Origin: an uncultured Alphaproteobacteria bacterium
GTDB taxonomy: Bacteria; Pseudomonadota; Alphaproteobacteria; Rhizobiales; Hyphomicrobiaceae
Length of the DNA: 64,000 nucleotides
NCBI GenBank assembly: GCA_963840075.1
Contig: CAWIXS010000018.1
Coordinates: 126,425 to 190,424 of the forward strand
Direction: 5' to 3'
A model generated the notes under the pieces. That model had not been told where the DNA came from. It saw only the letters and a program-made list of their open reading frames with translations, and ran no database searches. This document shows positions 18,331-32,810 of the stretch, piece by piece. Made by a program: the position numbers and the translations under genes. The number at the start of each line of letters is the position of its first letter. Position 1 is the stretch's first letter.

Positions 18331-19737
18331 GTGGTCGATATCTTCAGGGCGATCGATTCCGCTTCCGAGGCGGGCGCCCCGGCAGCGCAGGCGAATGCGG
18401 CGACCGTCGATCCCTACACCGGTGCCACATCCTCGACGCGCGAGAAGTTCCTGCCCGTCACGCGCCACGCCCTGCTCGACCGCCTCACCGCGCCGGCCCT
18501 CTGGCCCAACGGCGACAGCGTGCAGGCGCGCCGCTTCCTGCGCTACCTCGACTACTGGCGCCGCCACAGCTACTCGGTGAGGCTCCTGGACCTCGAGCAG
18601 CTCTACGAGCCCTTCAGCCCCGATACCGACCTCCTGCAGACGCGCAAGTTCAACGCGGAGGAGCGCCACGCCATGCAGAAGCGCCTGGTCGCGCAGATGG
18701 CGGGGCTCCTCGAGCAGGGCAACTTCACCCGCATCGATCCCGCCGACTTCCACATCATCCTGACGAGGGACTCCCACTACGGCCTCGACCTGCAGGTCGA
18801 CACCGACGCCTTCGAGGAGCTGCTCATCTTCTACCGCGGCGAGGCCAGCATCACCGAGCGGCACCGGGACTTCAGGAAGGCCTACATGGGCTGGAGGGAG
18901 ATCAAGGTACCGGTGTTCCAGCGGCTCTTCATCCTCTTCAAGCTCAAGCCGTTCGAGGTACGCGTCGAGGAGGTGATGCAGGCGAAGAAGCTGGAGCGGA
19001 AGGAGGCCCAGAGCATCGTGCGCAAGCAGCGCCGGGAGCTGCCCGACACGGTCTCCAGCGACTACGTCTACATCAAGCTGTTCAAGAACATGCCGCGCAG
19101 CGACGTGGAGATGGCGTTCCCCAACACCCGGGTGCGCTTCCGCATGCTCGACAAGATCAAGTTCGGCGTGACGGCCGGCAGCGGCTTCGGCGTGGGGGTG
19201 GTGAGCACCGCCGGCAAGCTCGCGCTGCTCACCAATCCCTACACGCTGGTGATGACGCTGGCGGGCCTCGGCGGCATTGCCGTGCGCCAGGCCAGCGCCT
19301 TCATCAACCAGCGCAACCGCTACATGGTGGTGCTGGCGCGCAACCTCTATTTCCATTCCATGGCGGACAACCGCGGGGTGATGACCCTGCTCGCCGACCG
19401 CGCGGCGGACGAGGACATCAAGGAGGAGATGCTGCTCTACACCGCAATCGCCAACGCGCAGGTCAACGTGGGCGATTTGAAAAGGGTCGACGAGGTGATC
19501 GAGCAGTATTTGCAGACGACCTTCGGGCTCCACGTCAATTTCGATGTGGAGGACGCCCTCACCCGCCTCAAGCAGGAAGGGATCGTCACCGAGCTCGCCG
19601 ATGGTACGCTGCAGACCCTGCCGCCGCACGAAGCGGCGCTCCATATCGACAAGCTGTGGGACGCCTGCCTCGACCAGCTGCCCGACATCACCACTGCGGG
19701 GGAAGGCCGCGAGATCGAGGCCCCGCCGCACGGGTAG
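18331..19737 (+). CDS. DUF3754 (TMEM143-like) membrane protein
   Basis: Conserved sequence begins around FLPVTRHALLDRL. There is a TM pair at GVTAGSGFGVGVVSTAGKLALL / LVMTLAGLGGIAV. The start is taken as the GTG at 18331 after aggaagagg. The 537-aa track ORF begins inside a repeat. Confidence 0.7.
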   Translation: MVDIFRAIDSASEAGAPAAQANAATVDPYTGATSSTREKFLPVTRHALLDRLTAPALWPNGDSVQARRFLRYLDYWRRHSYSVRLLDLEQLYEPFSPDTDLLQTRKFNAEERHAMQKRLVAQMAGLLEQGNFTRIDPADFHIILTRDSHYGLDLQVDTDAFEELLIFYRGEASITERHRDFRKAYMGWREIKVPVFQRLFILFKLKPFEVRVEEVMQAKKLERKEAQSIVRKQRRELPDTVSSDYVYIKLFKNMPRSDVEMAFPNTRVRFRMLDKIKFGVTAGSGFGVGVVSTAGKLALLTNPYTLVMTLAGLGGIAVRQASAFINQRNRYMVVLARNLYFHSMADNRGVMTLLADRAADEDIKEEMLLYTAIANAQVNVGDLKRVDEVIEQYLQTTFGLHVNFDVEDALTRLKQEGIVTELADGTLQTLPPHEAALHIDKLWDACLDQLPDITTAGEGREIEAPPHG

Positions 19738-19784
19738 CCCACGGCCCACGGCCGGAGTGTTGTGGTTTTGACGAAGCGAAATCC

Positions 19785-19878
19785 TGTGTCACGCCGGGAC
19801 TTGTTCCCGGCATCCAGCCAACCGCTCGCTCTGGCGCTCGCTTTGGCTGGATCCCGGCAACAGGTGCCGGGATGACAT
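19785..19878. repeat. family C-like element
   Basis: tgtgtcacgccgggacttgttcccggcatccagccaa...ttggctggatcccggcaacaggtgccgggatgacatg. Confidence 0.75.
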
Positions 19879-20101
19879 GAAGCCAAGCGCCGATAACATA
19901 ACGCCAACGCCCCCGAAGCTCCTCACCCCCCGGGTCCTGGCCCCCGCGAGGGTGTGAACGGACGTGATCGCCCGTCATCGCCGCCGTCAATCGATCGGTG
20001 GACGCGCATTGGCGCCGCCCCGCCTACATCGACCCGTTGAGGGGGCGGCCGGCTGCGACCAGGCAGCGCGGCCCGCCCCGAATCCGTCAAAGGAGGCAAC
20101 A

Positions 20102-20902
20102 ATGGGACGCGTTCTGGGATTTGCCTACGGCGCGGCGGCCTACGCCGTGTTCTTCGGCACCATTCTCTATGCCATCGGCTTCGTTACCGGCTTCCTCGTC
20201 CCGAAGACGATCGACACAGGTCCGGCAGGGCCGATCGGCGAAGCCCTTATCGTCAACGTCCTGCTCATGTCGCTGTTCGCCGTGCAGCACAGCGTCATGG
20301 CCAGGAAGGGGTTCAAGCGCTGGTGGACGCAATTCGTCCCCGCCGCGATCGAGCGCAGCACCTACGTGCTTCTTGCCAGCCTCGCGCTGATCCTGCTGTT
20401 CTGGCAGTGGCGCCCGATCCCGGCGACGGTGTGGCAGGTGAGCGAGCCCAATCTCGCGATGGCGCTCATGGGGCTGTCGCTGTTTGGGTGGGCGATCGTC
20501 TTCCTTGCCACGTTCATGATCAACCATTTCGAGCTGTTCGGCCTGTACCAGGTGGTGCTCAATCTGGCCGGCCGCAGGCCCGCCGAGCCGCGCTTCAAGA
20601 CCCCGCTGCTCTACAAGCTCGTCCGGCATCCGATCTATCTGGGCTTCATCATCGCCTTCTGGGCAACGCCGGTCATGACCGCGGGCCACCTGCTGTTCGC
20701 CGCGGTCACGACCGCCTACATCTTCGTCGGCATCTTCCTGGAGGAGCGCGACCTCGTCGCCCTCTTCGGCGACGAGTACCGCCGTTATCGCCAGCGCGTC
20801 GCCATGCTGCTGCCGCTGCGCTGGAGGTCCTCCCGGGCCTCCGATGCACCACAGGCGTCGCAGACCTGGTCCGATCCGCAGGACACGGCGCCAAGGGCCT
20901 GA
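20102..20902 (+). CDS. membrane methyltransferase of the ICMT/NnrU-like family (MddA-like methanethiol S-methyltransferase)
   Basis: MGRVLGFAYGAAAYAVFFGTILY.., multiple TM helices, and the motif LVRHPIYLGFIIAFW..EERDL...FGDEYRRY. A strong RBS (aaaggagg) precedes the ATG at 20102. Confidence 0.75.
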   Translation: MGRVLGFAYGAAAYAVFFGTILYAIGFVTGFLVPKTIDTGPAGPIGEALIVNVLLMSLFAVQHSVMARKGFKRWWTQFVPAAIERSTYVLLASLALILLFWQWRPIPATVWQVSEPNLAMALMGLSLFGWAIVFLATFMINHFELFGLYQVVLNLAGRRPAEPRFKTPLLYKLVRHPIYLGFIIAFWATPVMTAGHLLFAAVTTAYIFVGIFLEERDLVALFGDEYRRYRQRVAMLLPLRWRSSRASDAPQASQTWSDPQDTAPRA

Positions 20903-20998
20903 TGGCCGGCCCGGCCACGGCGTACACGTCGGCGCGGTGGCTGGGCCGCAAAAGCATGGGTTGCGCGGCAGTCGGGCTGCGCCCTATGACTCCCCTCC

Positions 20999-22841
20999 AT
21001 GTTCCAGACCTACGATGCACCACAGGACGGCCGGGAGAACGGCGAGCGCGTTGCCAAGCTGCGCGAGCTGATGGTGCGCGCGGGGCTCGATGCTCTGCTC
21101 GTCCCTCACGCTGACGAATATCAGAATGAATACCTTCCCCCCTGCAATGCGCGCCTCGCCTGGCTGACGGGCTTCACCGGCTCCGCGGGGATGGCGGTGA
21201 TCGTCCGCAAGACCGCCGCGCTGTTCGTCGACGGCCGCTACATCCTGCAGGCCCCCAGGCAGGTGGACACCCGGATATTCGAGGTGCTGCAGGTGCCGGG
21301 AGCCAGGCTCTCGGAGTGGGTGGGCCGGCAGCTGAAGCCCGGGACAATGCTCGGCTTCGACCCCAAGCTGCACACCCCGGGGGCCATCGACGAGCTGACG
21401 AGGGAGCTCGAGGCCAGGCGCATCAAGCTGAAGCCGCTGTCGGCCAACCTCGTGGACCGCGTGTGGGGGCGGGCGCGGCCCCGCCCGCCGCAGGGGCGGG
21501 TCGTGCCGCATCCCCTCGAGTATGCCGGCAAGGCCGCCAAGGAGAAGCTCGCCGACCTGCAGGCAACCCTGAGGCAGGACGGCCAGGACGCGGCCGTCGT
21601 CACCGCTCCCGAATTCCATCGCGTGGCTGTTCAACATCCGCGGCTCGGACGTGGCGCACAACCCGGTGGTGCTCGCCACCGCCATCGTGCCGGCGAGCGG
21701 CAAGGCGGAGCTCTACATCGATGCGGCGAAGGTCGGGCCCGAGGCCAAGGCGCATCTGTCACCGCTCGCCAGGATCAACGAGCCCGCTCGGCTGGAGCGG
21801 CGGCTCGCCGCACTCAAGGAGGCCGGCAAGACCGTACGGGTCGGCACCGGAGCGGCGGTCTGGTTCTCGCGCAAGCTCAAGGGCGGCAAGGCCCGCGTGG
21901 TCCGCGCCGCAGACCTGTGCGTGCTGCCCAAGGCGCGCAAGAACGCAACCGAGATCGAAGGTGCCCGCCGGGCCCACAAGCGCGACGGCGTGGCGCTGGC
22001 GCGCTTCCTGGCCTGGCTCGACCGCGAGGCGGCGAAGGGCGGCCTCGACGAGATCGCCGCAGCGCGGCAGCTCGAGACCCTGCGCAGCGAGACGCAGGCG
22101 CTGAAGGAGATCAGCTTCGATACCATCTCCGGCGCCGGCTCCAACGGGGCGATCGTGCACTACCGGGTCACGACAGAGACCAACCGACGGCTTGCGGCCG
22201 GCGAGCTCTATCTCGTCGACTCCGGCGCCCAGTACCTCGACGGCACCACCGATGTCACGCGCACCGTCGCCATCGGCCGGCCCACGCGCGAGATGTGCGA
22301 GCGCTTCACCCGCGTGCTCGAGGGGCACATCGCCATTGCCACCGCCCGCTTTCCCGCGGGCACCCGCGGCGTCGATCTCGACCCGTTCGCGCGCCGGGCG
22401 CTGTGGGACGCCGGGCTCGACTTCGACCACGGCACCGGGCACGGCATCGGCAGCTATCTCTCCGTGCACGAAGGGCCGCAGGGCATCGGCAAGCAGGCCA
22501 TGGTGCCGCTGGAGCCCGGCATGATCGTCTCCAACGAGCCCGGCTACTACAAGAGGGGCGCCTACGGCATCCGCATCGAGAACCTGGTGCTGGTGCGCGA
22601 GCCCGAGACCGTTGCCGGCGGCGAGCGGCCGACGCTCAGCTTCGAGACCCTGACGCTGGTGCCCATCGACCGCCGCCTCGTTGTGCCGGAGCTGCTCTCG
22701 ACCGCGGAATTGGACTGGCTCAACGCCTACCACGCGCGCGTTCGCAACAGCATCGGGCCCGAGCTGGGGCCGGCGGACCGGGCCTGGCTCGAAGCGGCGA
22801 CGGATCCGATCTTGGCTCGCCGCCCGCCCGCAGGGGGCTGA
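20999..22841 (+). pseudogene. aminopeptidase P family (M24B Xaa-Pro aminopeptidase), frame broken near 21614
   Basis: ORF 20999.. reads correctly to ..DAAVVTAPE, then SIAWLFNIRGSDVAHNPVVLA.. continues in ORF 21651..22841. There is an extra t in gaa-t-tcc. C-terminal motifs HGTGHGIGSYLSVHE and NEPGYY are present. Confidence 0.9.
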
Positions 22842-23631
22842 GGTATCTCCCGCCCGTCAGCGTGGCTCTTCCGCTGGTTGAGACCGCTATCCTTCAACAT
22901 GCAGCCGACAGCGCATGCGGCCGCTGTATCGGCAAGCGGAGATTCGCGCTCAGAGCCCTCAGTTTTCGCTGGAGACCTCGAGGGCACCCAAGTACCTGCC
23001 GACACCCCGATGGCCCTGGGCGGGCCGGAAAACGCGTCCCAGGGCCATTCCGGCAAGCCGCGCTCCAGGTGCATTGGCCAAAACCGGACCGGGCCATGCG
23101 TTGACGCTGCAATCGATGTGGGCACAACCACTCTTTGCCGTCGGCGACCCCAGGTAGCTCAGCCGGACATCCGAGAATGTCCCTTTCGCGTAGCAACAGC
23201 AACGAGCCGATCCTGCCAGGCAGGCGGCACAACATAGCCGGGCAAAAGCTCCATATCTTCAAACCAGGGCTCAAGACGCTCGCGCAGCTCTGACGCCGAC
23301 CAGCAGCGCATGCGGAGCTCGGTTGCGTAGCGTTCGATGGCGCTCGTACCTGGTTCGCGAAACTCGAAGATCTCGCTGACGATCAATTGCTGGGCGGCGG
23401 TGCTGCCGCAAATCGCCCGGCACTTCGCAGAGGAGATCCGGCTGGGATTCCAACCTTATACAATGCGCGCGACATCTCGACGATCTCCGACCGCAAACGC
23501 GCCCTGCCGCGCAACTCGCGCTTCCCTTCGGTTCTCTTCGTCATGATGACCTCCGGAGCTGAAGGGGCCAGACCCCTCGCGCCAACCTGTTACGCATTAT
23601 GCGCCTTGATGGCGAGGGGTCTGCCCCCTTC

Positions 23632-23733
23632 TCACCCCAGCTGCAGCACGCGCTGCAGCAACGCCAGCCCGGCCTCCAGCACGGCGATGATGGTCTCGGC
23701 CTTGCGGAAGCCGTGCGCCTCGCCGGGGAGCTC
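23632..23733 (-). pseudogene. orphan 3'-terminal fragment of an S9 peptidase gene
   Basis: Encodes ..GEAHGFRKAETIIAVLEAGLALLQRVLQLG*, paralogous to the last about 30 codons of the intact peptidase at 24731 (..GEAHGFRRAETIVAVLEAELAFLQRVLQLG*). Confidence 0.75.
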
Positions 23734-23768
23734 GGGGCAGGCGACCTCGAGGCGAGCCTTTTGCAACG

Positions 23769-24182
23769 TCAACACTCTACTGCGCGCAAATAGCCCTCGC
23801 GCGCGTAGGCCAGCAAGGCGGCGTCGCGCGTCATGACGGTGTAGCCATGCTCGCGCGCAGTCGCCGCGATGATGCGGTCCGCGGGATCGCGCGGCGGTGC
23901 GCCAGGCAAGAACGATGAATCCAGCAGAATCTCCGCGCTGAGGTGCGCCAACGCGACGCCGGGCAGGGATGTGAGGCGGCGCAGATATTCGCGCGGGCGA
24001 ATGGCAGCTCGCAGGCGACCGCGCGAGAATAGGAGGCCTAGCTCCCACCCGGTGATCGGGGAGAGCAGCACGGACTCGCCGTCGCGAAACTTCTCGGTGA
24101 GAAGCGATGCCGCTGCAGGCCTGAGCGTTCCCTCGACGGCGAAGATCGCGGCGTTGGTGTCGAGCAGCAGTTGCGCATTCAC
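23769..24182 (-). CDS. vapC: PIN-domain ribonuclease toxin (VapC family)
   Basis: A GTG at 24182 overlaps the upstream stop (GTGA). LLLDTNAAIF .. SPITGWELG .. DPADRIIAATA .. VMTRD gives the D-E-D-D acidic quartet of PIN domains. Confidence 0.85.
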   Translation of the reverse strand: MNAQLLLDTNAAIFAVEGTLRPAAASLLTEKFRDGESVLLSPITGWELGLLFSRGRLRAAIRPREYLRRLTSLPGVALAHLSAEILLDSSFLPGAPPRDPADRIIAATAREHGYTVMTRDAALLAYAREGYLRAVEC

Positions 24183-24619
24183 GTCCCGCGCTCGTCCTCG
24201 CCGTATTTCTCGTCGAGAATCCGTTCCCACTCGTCGGGATCGAGCACCGGCTTGGTGAGGTCCAGAGTGGGGTCAATCCACAGAAGGCCCTTCAGCGCTC
24301 CGATCATGGGGTGCTGAGCGTTCGCGTCTTGCGGCTTCAATGTTGCGGCACTCTCGGCCATTCCTTTCTCCATCCAGTCCAGTGCTCGTGCGAAGACGAG
24401 TTTTTCGCCTTCCATGTCCACTTGCTCGGTGCGGTATCCCGCCTCCAGCCATGCATTGGCATGGGCATGGCCGGTCGCGTCATTTGCCCACCATGGTCGA
24501 TGCTTGCGCGCGGAGGCGGGAAGCGGGCCGCCGATGACCAACTCGACCTGTTGGAAGGTCATCGGAACGCGGCTTCGCGTCTGCTGACGAAGGTAGTGGC
24601 GGAGCGGGTCGTATTTCAT
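24179..24619 (-). CDS. putative VapC-cognate antitoxin with a non-canonical N-terminal domain
   Basis: 146 aa, translationally coupled to vapC. The N-terminus MKYDPLRHYL...MTFQQVELVIGGPLPASARKHRPWWAN..AWLEAGYRTEQVD is a widespread small domain. The C-terminus GALKGLLWIDPTLDLTKPVLDPDEWE resembles the toxin-binding tail of VapB/Phd-type antitoxins. Confidence 0.65.
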   Translation of the reverse strand: MKYDPLRHYLRQQTRSRVPMTFQQVELVIGGPLPASARKHRPWWANDATGHAHANAWLEAGYRTEQVDMEGEKLVFARALDWMEKGMAESAATLKPQDANAQHPMIGALKGLLWIDPTLDLTKPVLDPDEWERILDEKYGEDERGT

Positions 24620-24730
24620 TGGTGCTCCAACAATAGGAACTGAAGTTCATATAAAGGAACTGAACCGACGCAGTCAAGCGACGGCCGGAGTGACGCGAAT
24701 GGCGTGAAAGCCCCTTTGCGCGGATTTCTG

Positions 24731-26650
24731 CTACCCGAGCTGCAGCACGCGCTGCAGGAACGCCAGCTCCGCCTCCAGCACGGCGACGATGGTCTCGGCC
24801 CGGCGGAAGCCATGCGCCTCGCCTTCGAACTCGTGATACTCCACGTCGATGCCGCGCGCGCGGAGCCTCTCCGCGATGAGCCGCGACTGCTCGGGCGGCA
24901 CCACCTTGTCGTCGAGCCCCTGGAACAGGATCACGGGCGCCGCGATGCCGTCGATCAGGTTGAGCGGCGAGCGCTCGGCGCACACCTCCTGCCACGCGCC
25001 GGGCGTGGTGCCCAGGAGCCGGTGCAGGTAGCCCGACTCGAACTTGTGGGTATGCTGCATCAGGAGCCCGAGGTCGGAGACGCCGTAGTGGCTGCTGCCG
25101 GCCGCGAACGCCCCGGTGGTCGCGAGCGCCATCAGCGTGGTGTAGCCGCCGGCGCTGCCTCCCGCGATCGCGATCCTGTCCTTGTCGGCGAGCCGGTGCC
25201 GGGCGAGGAAGCGCGCCGCCGCCGCGCAGTCGGCCACGTCGGCGATGCCCCACTGGCCGTCCAGGCGCTGCCGGTAGGGGCGGCCATAGCCGGTGCTGCC
25301 CGCGTAGTTCACTTCGAAGACGGCAAAGCCGCGGCTGGTATAGAACTGGACCCGCATCTTGAGGCCCGCGTCGGTCATGCTGGTGGGGCCGCCGTGAGCG
25401 AGCACGAGCGCCGGCGGCAGCGCGCCCTGTGGGCCGCGATGGCTCGGGCTCGTCGGTGCGTAGTAGATGCCGAAGGCTCTCTGGCCCGTTGCGCTGCGGA
25501 ACTCGTGCACCGCGCCGACGCTGATGTACCTCGGCTCGACCATGGCTGGCGGCGCCTCGGCGATCGGCTTGAGCGAGCCGCGCTCGATGCGCATGACCGC
25601 GGGGACGGCGCCGGGCGAGGTGACGAGAGCGGCGAAACCCCTGCCCGAAGGGACCAGCTGGTCGATGCGCGCGGCCTTCTTCTGCAGAGCGCGGTACTGC
25701 GTTGCCTCGCCGCCCGACAGCTTGCCGATCTCCAGGAGCGGCATGCCGCGCTCCGTGAATACGGCGGCGTACCTTCCGTTCGGATGCAGCGCGAAGGCGC
25801 GCGAGCCGAACGTCCATTGCGAGGGCCACAGCTCCGCGCCGCGCACGCGCCGCACGGGGGCCACCCGCTTGCCGTCCCAGCGATAGAGCGCGCCGCAGCC
25901 CGACTCGTCCCAGGCGAAGTAGAGATGGCCGTCGGGGCCCCACTCGGGCTGGAGGACGGCGCTGCCCTCGCCGCCGGCGATCTTGTGCGGCTCGCCGAGG
26001 CTGCCGTCGTCGAGCACGTTCGCCACGTAGAGCGTGGCGCTGTCCCAGGGCATGTCGGGCAGGTCCCAGACGATATACGCAAGTCGCCCGCCGTCGGGGG
26101 AGAGACGCGCGCTGGCATAGAAATCACGGCCCGCGGCAAGCTCCGCGATCTCGCCCGACTTGCGCCCCAGGCCGATGGCGACGAGGCCGTTGCGCGGCAG
26201 GGCGTGCCCGGCGGCCTCCGCCTGCGGCGGGTGGACCTCGGCGACGGCGATCAGGCGATCGCGCCGCGCATCGTGGGTGAAATCGGCAAAGCGCGTGTCG
26301 GGGGCATCGGTGATGCGGCGCGGCCGGCGTCCCGGCACCAGGGCATAAACCTGCTGGTCCTTGGCGTTCACGAAGTAGACGGCATCGCCCGCGACCAGGA
26401 GCTCCCCGCCGCCGTACTCGTGCACGCGCGAGCGGGCGGAATAGGGCTTCGGCAGGATGTCCTCGCGCCGGCCGTCCCGGCCGACACGTACGATTGCCTG
26501 CCGGCCCTGCTCCTCGGGCCGCCACTCGCTCCAGTAGACGGCGTCGCCGGCCACCTGCACGAGGCCGATGCGGCTCCCTTGCGCGGCCATTGCCGGGCTG
26601 ATCGGCGACGGCCAGGTGCCGTAGGGCCGGGTTCGCCTCTTGGCTGGCAT
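24731..26650 (-). CDS. S9 family (prolyl oligopeptidase/dipeptidyl aminopeptidase-like) serine peptidase
   Basis: MPAKRRTRPYGTWPSPI.. with a propeller-like N-terminal half. The catalytic domain has IAIAGGSAGGYT (GxSxGG) and ..DDKVVPP..HEFEGEAHGF. The RBS gagaggga precedes the ATG at 26650. Confidence 0.9.
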   Translation of the reverse strand: MPAKRRTRPYGTWPSPISPAMAAQGSRIGLVQVAGDAVYWSEWRPEEQGRQAIVRVGRDGRREDILPKPYSARSRVHEYGGGELLVAGDAVYFVNAKDQQVYALVPGRRPRRITDAPDTRFADFTHDARRDRLIAVAEVHPPQAEAAGHALPRNGLVAIGLGRKSGEIAELAAGRDFYASARLSPDGGRLAYIVWDLPDMPWDSATLYVANVLDDGSLGEPHKIAGGEGSAVLQPEWGPDGHLYFAWDESGCGALYRWDGKRVAPVRRVRGAELWPSQWTFGSRAFALHPNGRYAAVFTERGMPLLEIGKLSGGEATQYRALQKKAARIDQLVPSGRGFAALVTSPGAVPAVMRIERGSLKPIAEAPPAMVEPRYISVGAVHEFRSATGQRAFGIYYAPTSPSHRGPQGALPPALVLAHGGPTSMTDAGLKMRVQFYTSRGFAVFEVNYAGSTGYGRPYRQRLDGQWGIADVADCAAAARFLARHRLADKDRIAIAGGSAGGYTTLMALATTGAFAAGSSHYGVSDLGLLMQHTHKFESGYLHRLLGTTPGAWQEVCAERSPLNLIDGIAAPVILFQGLDDKVVPPEQSRLIAERLRARGIDVEYHEFEGEAHGFRRAETIVAVLEAELAFLQRVLQLG

Positions 26651-26864
26651 TTTCCCTCTCGTGTGGTGGAAGCCGTGGTGGAAGCGTGGTGGACGCTGCT
26701 CGGGAAGATATTGGCACAGGGTCCGCAAATCACCCTTTGCACGTTGCTTATAGGTCAGTTAAGCTGTCCTTTATGATGGGCGGGCGAGGCGTCGCGCGGA
26801 ACAACGCGCGTGTCGGCTGGTCCGCGGGATCAGGGTAATCTTGCGCCGCAAGGAGCGCGGCCGC

Positions 26865-26890
26865 AATGCTGCACGACAATGCTGCACGAC
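26865..26890. promoter_or_regulatory. perfect 13-nt tandem duplication (aatgctgcacgac x2) in the gltB upstream region
   Basis: Read directly at 26865-26877 and 26878-26890, about 240 nt upstream of the gltB ATG. The junction reads tgcacgacaatgctgca, loosely like a TGCAC-N-GTGCA enhancer-binding half-site pair. Function unknown. Confidence 0.3.
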
Positions 26891-27130
26891 CGGGCCCCTC
26901 CGATCCGGGAGATGGGTAGGGCGCGGCAGGCTGCGGGCGGAAAGCTCGCGGAGCAGACGGGCGGCGGCGCTTTCGCTCCGAGCGACACGGGCCTCGGCAC
27001 CCCCTCCATTCGTGGGGCGAAGGGTGGGGGGACGGCGCGCGGGGCTCCCTCGGTCCTAGAGCACAAAGGCGGGTGCGGGCGCAGGAGGAGCGCACGCATC
27101 CCTACGGCGAAGAGTGAGCTGGAGAGCGAC

Positions 27131-31835
<4,705 letters not shown>

Positions 31836-31897
31836 GACGCAATGCGGCGCGTGGCTTCCAGCCGCGCGCCCGGCGCGCGAGGGGAGGGCACGGGCTC

Positions 31898-32515
31898 ATG
31901 AAGATTTACGGCGATCTCGGCTCAGGCAACTGCCTCAAGGTCAAGTACACGGCCGATCGCCTCGGCCTGGTCTGCACCTGGGTGCCGATCGACATCATGA
32001 AGGCGGAGACGCACACCCCGGAGTTCCTGCAGCGGTTCCCCAGGGGGCGCATCCCCGCCGTGGAGTTCGCCGACGGCCGCCGCCTCGCCGAGTCGAATGC
32101 GATCATCCGCTATCTGGCGCGGGATACACGTCTGCTGCCGGACGATGCCTTCGTCCAGGCCAGGATCGACGAATGGCTGTTCTGGGAGCAGTACAGCCAC
32201 GAGCCCTATATCGCCACGACGCGCTATCACATCGTTTACCTGAAGCGCACTTTGGCGGAGCGCGAGGCTTGGCGCGTTGAGGGCGGCGAGAAGGCGCTCG
32301 ACCTCATGGAGAGCCACCTCGGCGGCCGGACGCCATGGCTGGTCGGAGAGACGATGACGATTGCCGACATCGCGCTTCTCGCCTACACGCGACTGGCGCA
32401 CGAAGGCGGCTTCGACCTGTCGGGGCGGCCCAACGTGCGGGCGTGGATCGGACGGTGCGAGACGGCGTTGAAGCTGGAGCCGGCCCGGAGCTACGCGGCC
32501 GGCGTGCCGGTGTAA
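31898..32515 (+). CDS. glutathione S-transferase family protein
   Basis: 205 aa. MKIYGDLGSGNCLKVKY...RIPAVEFADGRRLAESNAIIRYLA is the GST N-terminal thioredoxin-like fold, followed by a helical C-terminal domain. Confidence 0.85.
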   Translation: MKIYGDLGSGNCLKVKYTADRLGLVCTWVPIDIMKAETHTPEFLQRFPRGRIPAVEFADGRRLAESNAIIRYLARDTRLLPDDAFVQARIDEWLFWEQYSHEPYIATTRYHIVYLKRTLAEREAWRVEGGEKALDLMESHLGGRTPWLVGETMTIADIALLAYTRLAHEGGFDLSGRPNVRAWIGRCETALKLEPARSYAAGVPV

Positions 32516-32810
32516 GGGTTGCGGATGGTGAGCCGATCGATGACGAGACCGTCGTGCATGTCCTCCGAGTACAGGGTGGTGCAGCCCGCCAGCAGCGTGG
32601 CCGCCACGATCATGCCGTCATACGCGCTGAGGGAGTATCGCCCGGCGAGATCAAGGCCGCGCTCGTGTGTTTCGAGCGTCAGAGGGACAATTCTCAGGGT
32701 TGCGCGAAAGATGTCGAGGAACTCGCGTGTTTCGGCCCAGCTTAGACGCACATTGCGCCGCGCGACGTTGGCGAACTCGTTGAGTGGCGGCTACGTCAAC
32801 GCTTGCATTT
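32491..32810 (-). pseudogene. PIN-domain (VapC-like) gene remnant lacking its N-terminus
   Basis: ..LNEFANVARRN-RLSWAETREFLDIFRATLRIVPLTLETHERGLDLAGRYSLSAYDGMIVAATLLAGCTTLYSEDMHDGLVIDRLTIRNPY is the C-terminal two thirds of a PIN protein. There is an in-frame stop upstream, and the missing part would overlap the gltD start. Confidence 0.6.

Noticed and set aside
23159-23545. ORF 23159..23386 (..ELRMRCWSASELRERLEPWFEDMELLPGY.., methyltransferase-tail-like) and a 52-codon ORF starting at 23545 (MTKRTEGKRELRGRARLRSEIVEMSRALYKVGI.., reminiscent of an HTH antitoxin N-terminus).
   Set aside because: Both are short and frame-broken, and neither has a complete domain. I treat them as debris of the decayed island rather than as genes.
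26810-27130. An upstream extension of gltB (ORF starts at 26810).
   Set aside because: The extension reads through repeat and low-complexity sequence. The conserved GltB N-terminus (..[14 protein letters not shown]) follows the ATG at 27131.
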